Source of the DNA: Nageia nagi | Taxonomy: Eukaryota; Plantae; Pinophyta | Length of the DNA: 64,000 bases | Reading direction: 5' to 3' | NCBI GenBank assembly: GCA_050084985.1 | Contig: JBITNC010000001.1 | Location: forward strand, 163,618,001 to 163,682,000 | Shown here: positions 62,331-64,000 of the stretch, piece after piece | Layout of the letters: each line of letters starts with the position of its first letter | Position numbering within the stretch: the first letter of the stretch is position 1 | The notes under the pieces: model-generated | Told to the model about the DNA's origin: nothing | The model's input: only the letters and a program-made list of their open reading frames with translations | Database searches by the model: none | Position numbers and translations under genes: made by a program

Positions 62331-63559
62331 TGTGACATCCAATTTGGACCATTGACAAATTGTGTCATGGTCACTTTGTAACCTAGTGTTTGTTCATTGT
62401 CATGTTGTACATGTGTAACTCAAGTAGGAGCTTATGGTCTATGGACCCCACTATAAGCCCAATAATGGGACATCACCCCTTGAGTAGTGTTGTGTTAGTT
62501 TGCATTGGGTTATCCCGGATTGTGGGAACCCCTAGATAGGTATGAGTCTTGCGTAGGCCAAAGTGCATGGAGGAGCATAGCAGTGTTGGGAGGGCCCCAC
62601 ATACCCCACACTGGCTTATGAGGCCACCTAGACCCCACGTCAGCCTTGAGAGGCCCATCAGACCCCAAGTCAACCTTGAGAGGCCCATCAGACCCCACAT
62701 CAACCTTGAGGGCCTTTATGACCCTCACGTTGACACACTGGGCCCATGGGACCCCCATATTAGCATATTGGGCCAATATGACCCCCACGTTGGCATGGTT
62801 GACCTATTGACCCCAACGTTGGAATAGACTTAGCTTGGGATGATATCGAGGCATGGTGGATAGACATAGGAGGCTATATATTGAGGATGTAGCTCCATGA
62901 TGAGGTTAGCTATTGATTATACTTGTATTACACTGAACCCGATTGAGCTTGCAAGTCTTGGCAGTGCAGAGCATTCTTTTTAGGTGATGTCTAGAGGGGT
63001 GATAGGGTTGGGAGCTTGGCACTCTACAACTTAAGTGGGTCACCTAGTCCATCCGATGGTATTCCGAGGATGAGCTTCTACCTTCAGTGGTTAGCCAGGG
63101 TTCGAGGAGGCTCCTTCACAAGAGAGGATTCAGAGTCTAAGGGAGTTGATCTTTCTTGTGGTGTTCGGCTTGTACAAGGGTTTGGAACCCTAGATCTAGA
63201 TATTGAAATCCTCATTGTGTACCATTGCATATCAAAATATAATCCATCTCATTGTGTCTCTCTCCATTGTGTTGTTCATTGATGTGTATGTGTTGTGTCC
63301 TGTATACTGGTGTTGGAAGCTACATTGTGTTGTGTTCATATATGTGAGGCATTTGTTGAGGTGCCAAGTGTCACTATGTGCCCTAAAGGGCTGACGTCAT
63401 GGTGTAGAGGTTGCGTGGAGGCCTTGGGAGGCTCACGTCTGCATTGTGGGGTATTAGGGTGCCCTAGGGGCCTAATGTAGGTGTGCTAGCTTCATTTGTC
63501 GAGGGTTTGAGTTGCATAGTTGGAGTCGTTTGTATTGAGAGTGATTTTAGATCATCACA
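62331..63559 (+). mobile_element. Solo LTR (1229 bp) nested inside the previous solo LTR
   Basis: TGTGAC...ATCACA ends with perfect TSD CATAA (62326-62330 and 63560-63564). TATA ggctatatattgagg at ~62872. Confidence 0.88.
62630..62822. repeat. 30-bp tandem repeat array (~6 degenerate copies) in the LTR U3
   Basis: Unit gacccca(c/a)gtcaaccttgagaggcccatca. Confidence 0.85.
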
Positions 63560-64000
63560 CATAAGTGGGTCCAATGGACCTTTATAATTCTATCCCAAGG
63601 AATTAACTACAATTATGTAAGGAAGTAAATATTTACAAAAAGGGAATCCTTAGGATTACAAAATTAATTAATTTTTACAAAAAGGGGATGTTACAATATG
63701 AGTGGTGGGATAGAGGTAGTAACTGTTAACGCACATTTTTTTATAAGGATTGAGGTGTTTATCATGCAATAGTTCAAAAGTTGTTATGGATTTTAAAGAA
63801 AGTGTAAAATAAAGAAAAGAAAAAGAGGATGAGAATGAATCAATACTGGTGAGATGACAAAGGGTCACAGTGAAGCACTGTCTAAGGTTTCTTACTTTTT
63901 GATCAATCAAGAAGTCTCATTCGAAGTCTTCCAACCTAAAAATAAAATGACCTAAGTCCAATTTATCCTTAAGAGGAGCAGGGAACAAAGCTACTAGCGA

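Larger units (their letters stand above)
61151..63695 (-). mobile_element. Solo LTR (~1.3 kb: 61151-62330 plus 63565-63695) inserted in the Copia protease motif
   Basis: Inverted ends TGTAATATCCCC...GGGGATGTTACA. Imperfect TSD tcatg/atatg. The Copia motif CSNH-MSG continues after it. Minus-strand TATA at ~61842. Confidence 0.75.

Noticed and set aside
62630-62822. CRISPR-like array
   Set aside because: Contiguous degenerate 30-bp tandem units with no unique spacers, inside a eukaryotic LTR.
63896-63935. Next upstream NDUFAF2 exon (tttttag...gtaaga on the minus strand)
   Set aside because: The splice-like borders are good, but all three frames contain stops and there is no similarity to the expected peptide.

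Overview
AT-rich plant nuclear DNA, most consistent with a gymnosperm (inference from the TE lineages, heavy C>T/G>A decay and a >15 kb TE-filled intron). About 85-90% of the window is nested, mostly decayed LTR retrotransposons, many with termini and target-site duplications (TSDs) readable by eye. From left to right: (1) the 3' half of an Athila/Tat-like Gypsy element with a long accessory ORF, split by a full-length Copia (4067-11919); (2) a Tnt1-like Copia whose 3' LTR is split by a gag-protease-only Gypsy element (20665-26878); (3) a related LTR (28010-29387) preceded by a ~1000-codon unknown ORF; (4) a full-length CRM-type chromovirus (34371-40102) inside a Copia solo LTR; (5) the last four coding exons of a host NDUFAF2/mimitin-like gene on the minus strand (48223-44242), with a duplicated C-terminal exon; (6) that gene's large upstream intron, which holds solo LTRs and a Copia gag split by a 9.15-kb TG...CA insertion. 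The two best novelty candidates are both in that insertion. One is an apparent ~7.1-kb solo LTR carrying a ~1200-codon gene in its U3, homologous to the ORF at 29.4-32.4 kb. The other is a 2-kb poly(A)-tailed retroposon that joins a tRNA-derived (SINE-type) head to an L1 ORF1 with no ORF2. All calls were made by eye and no database searches were run.
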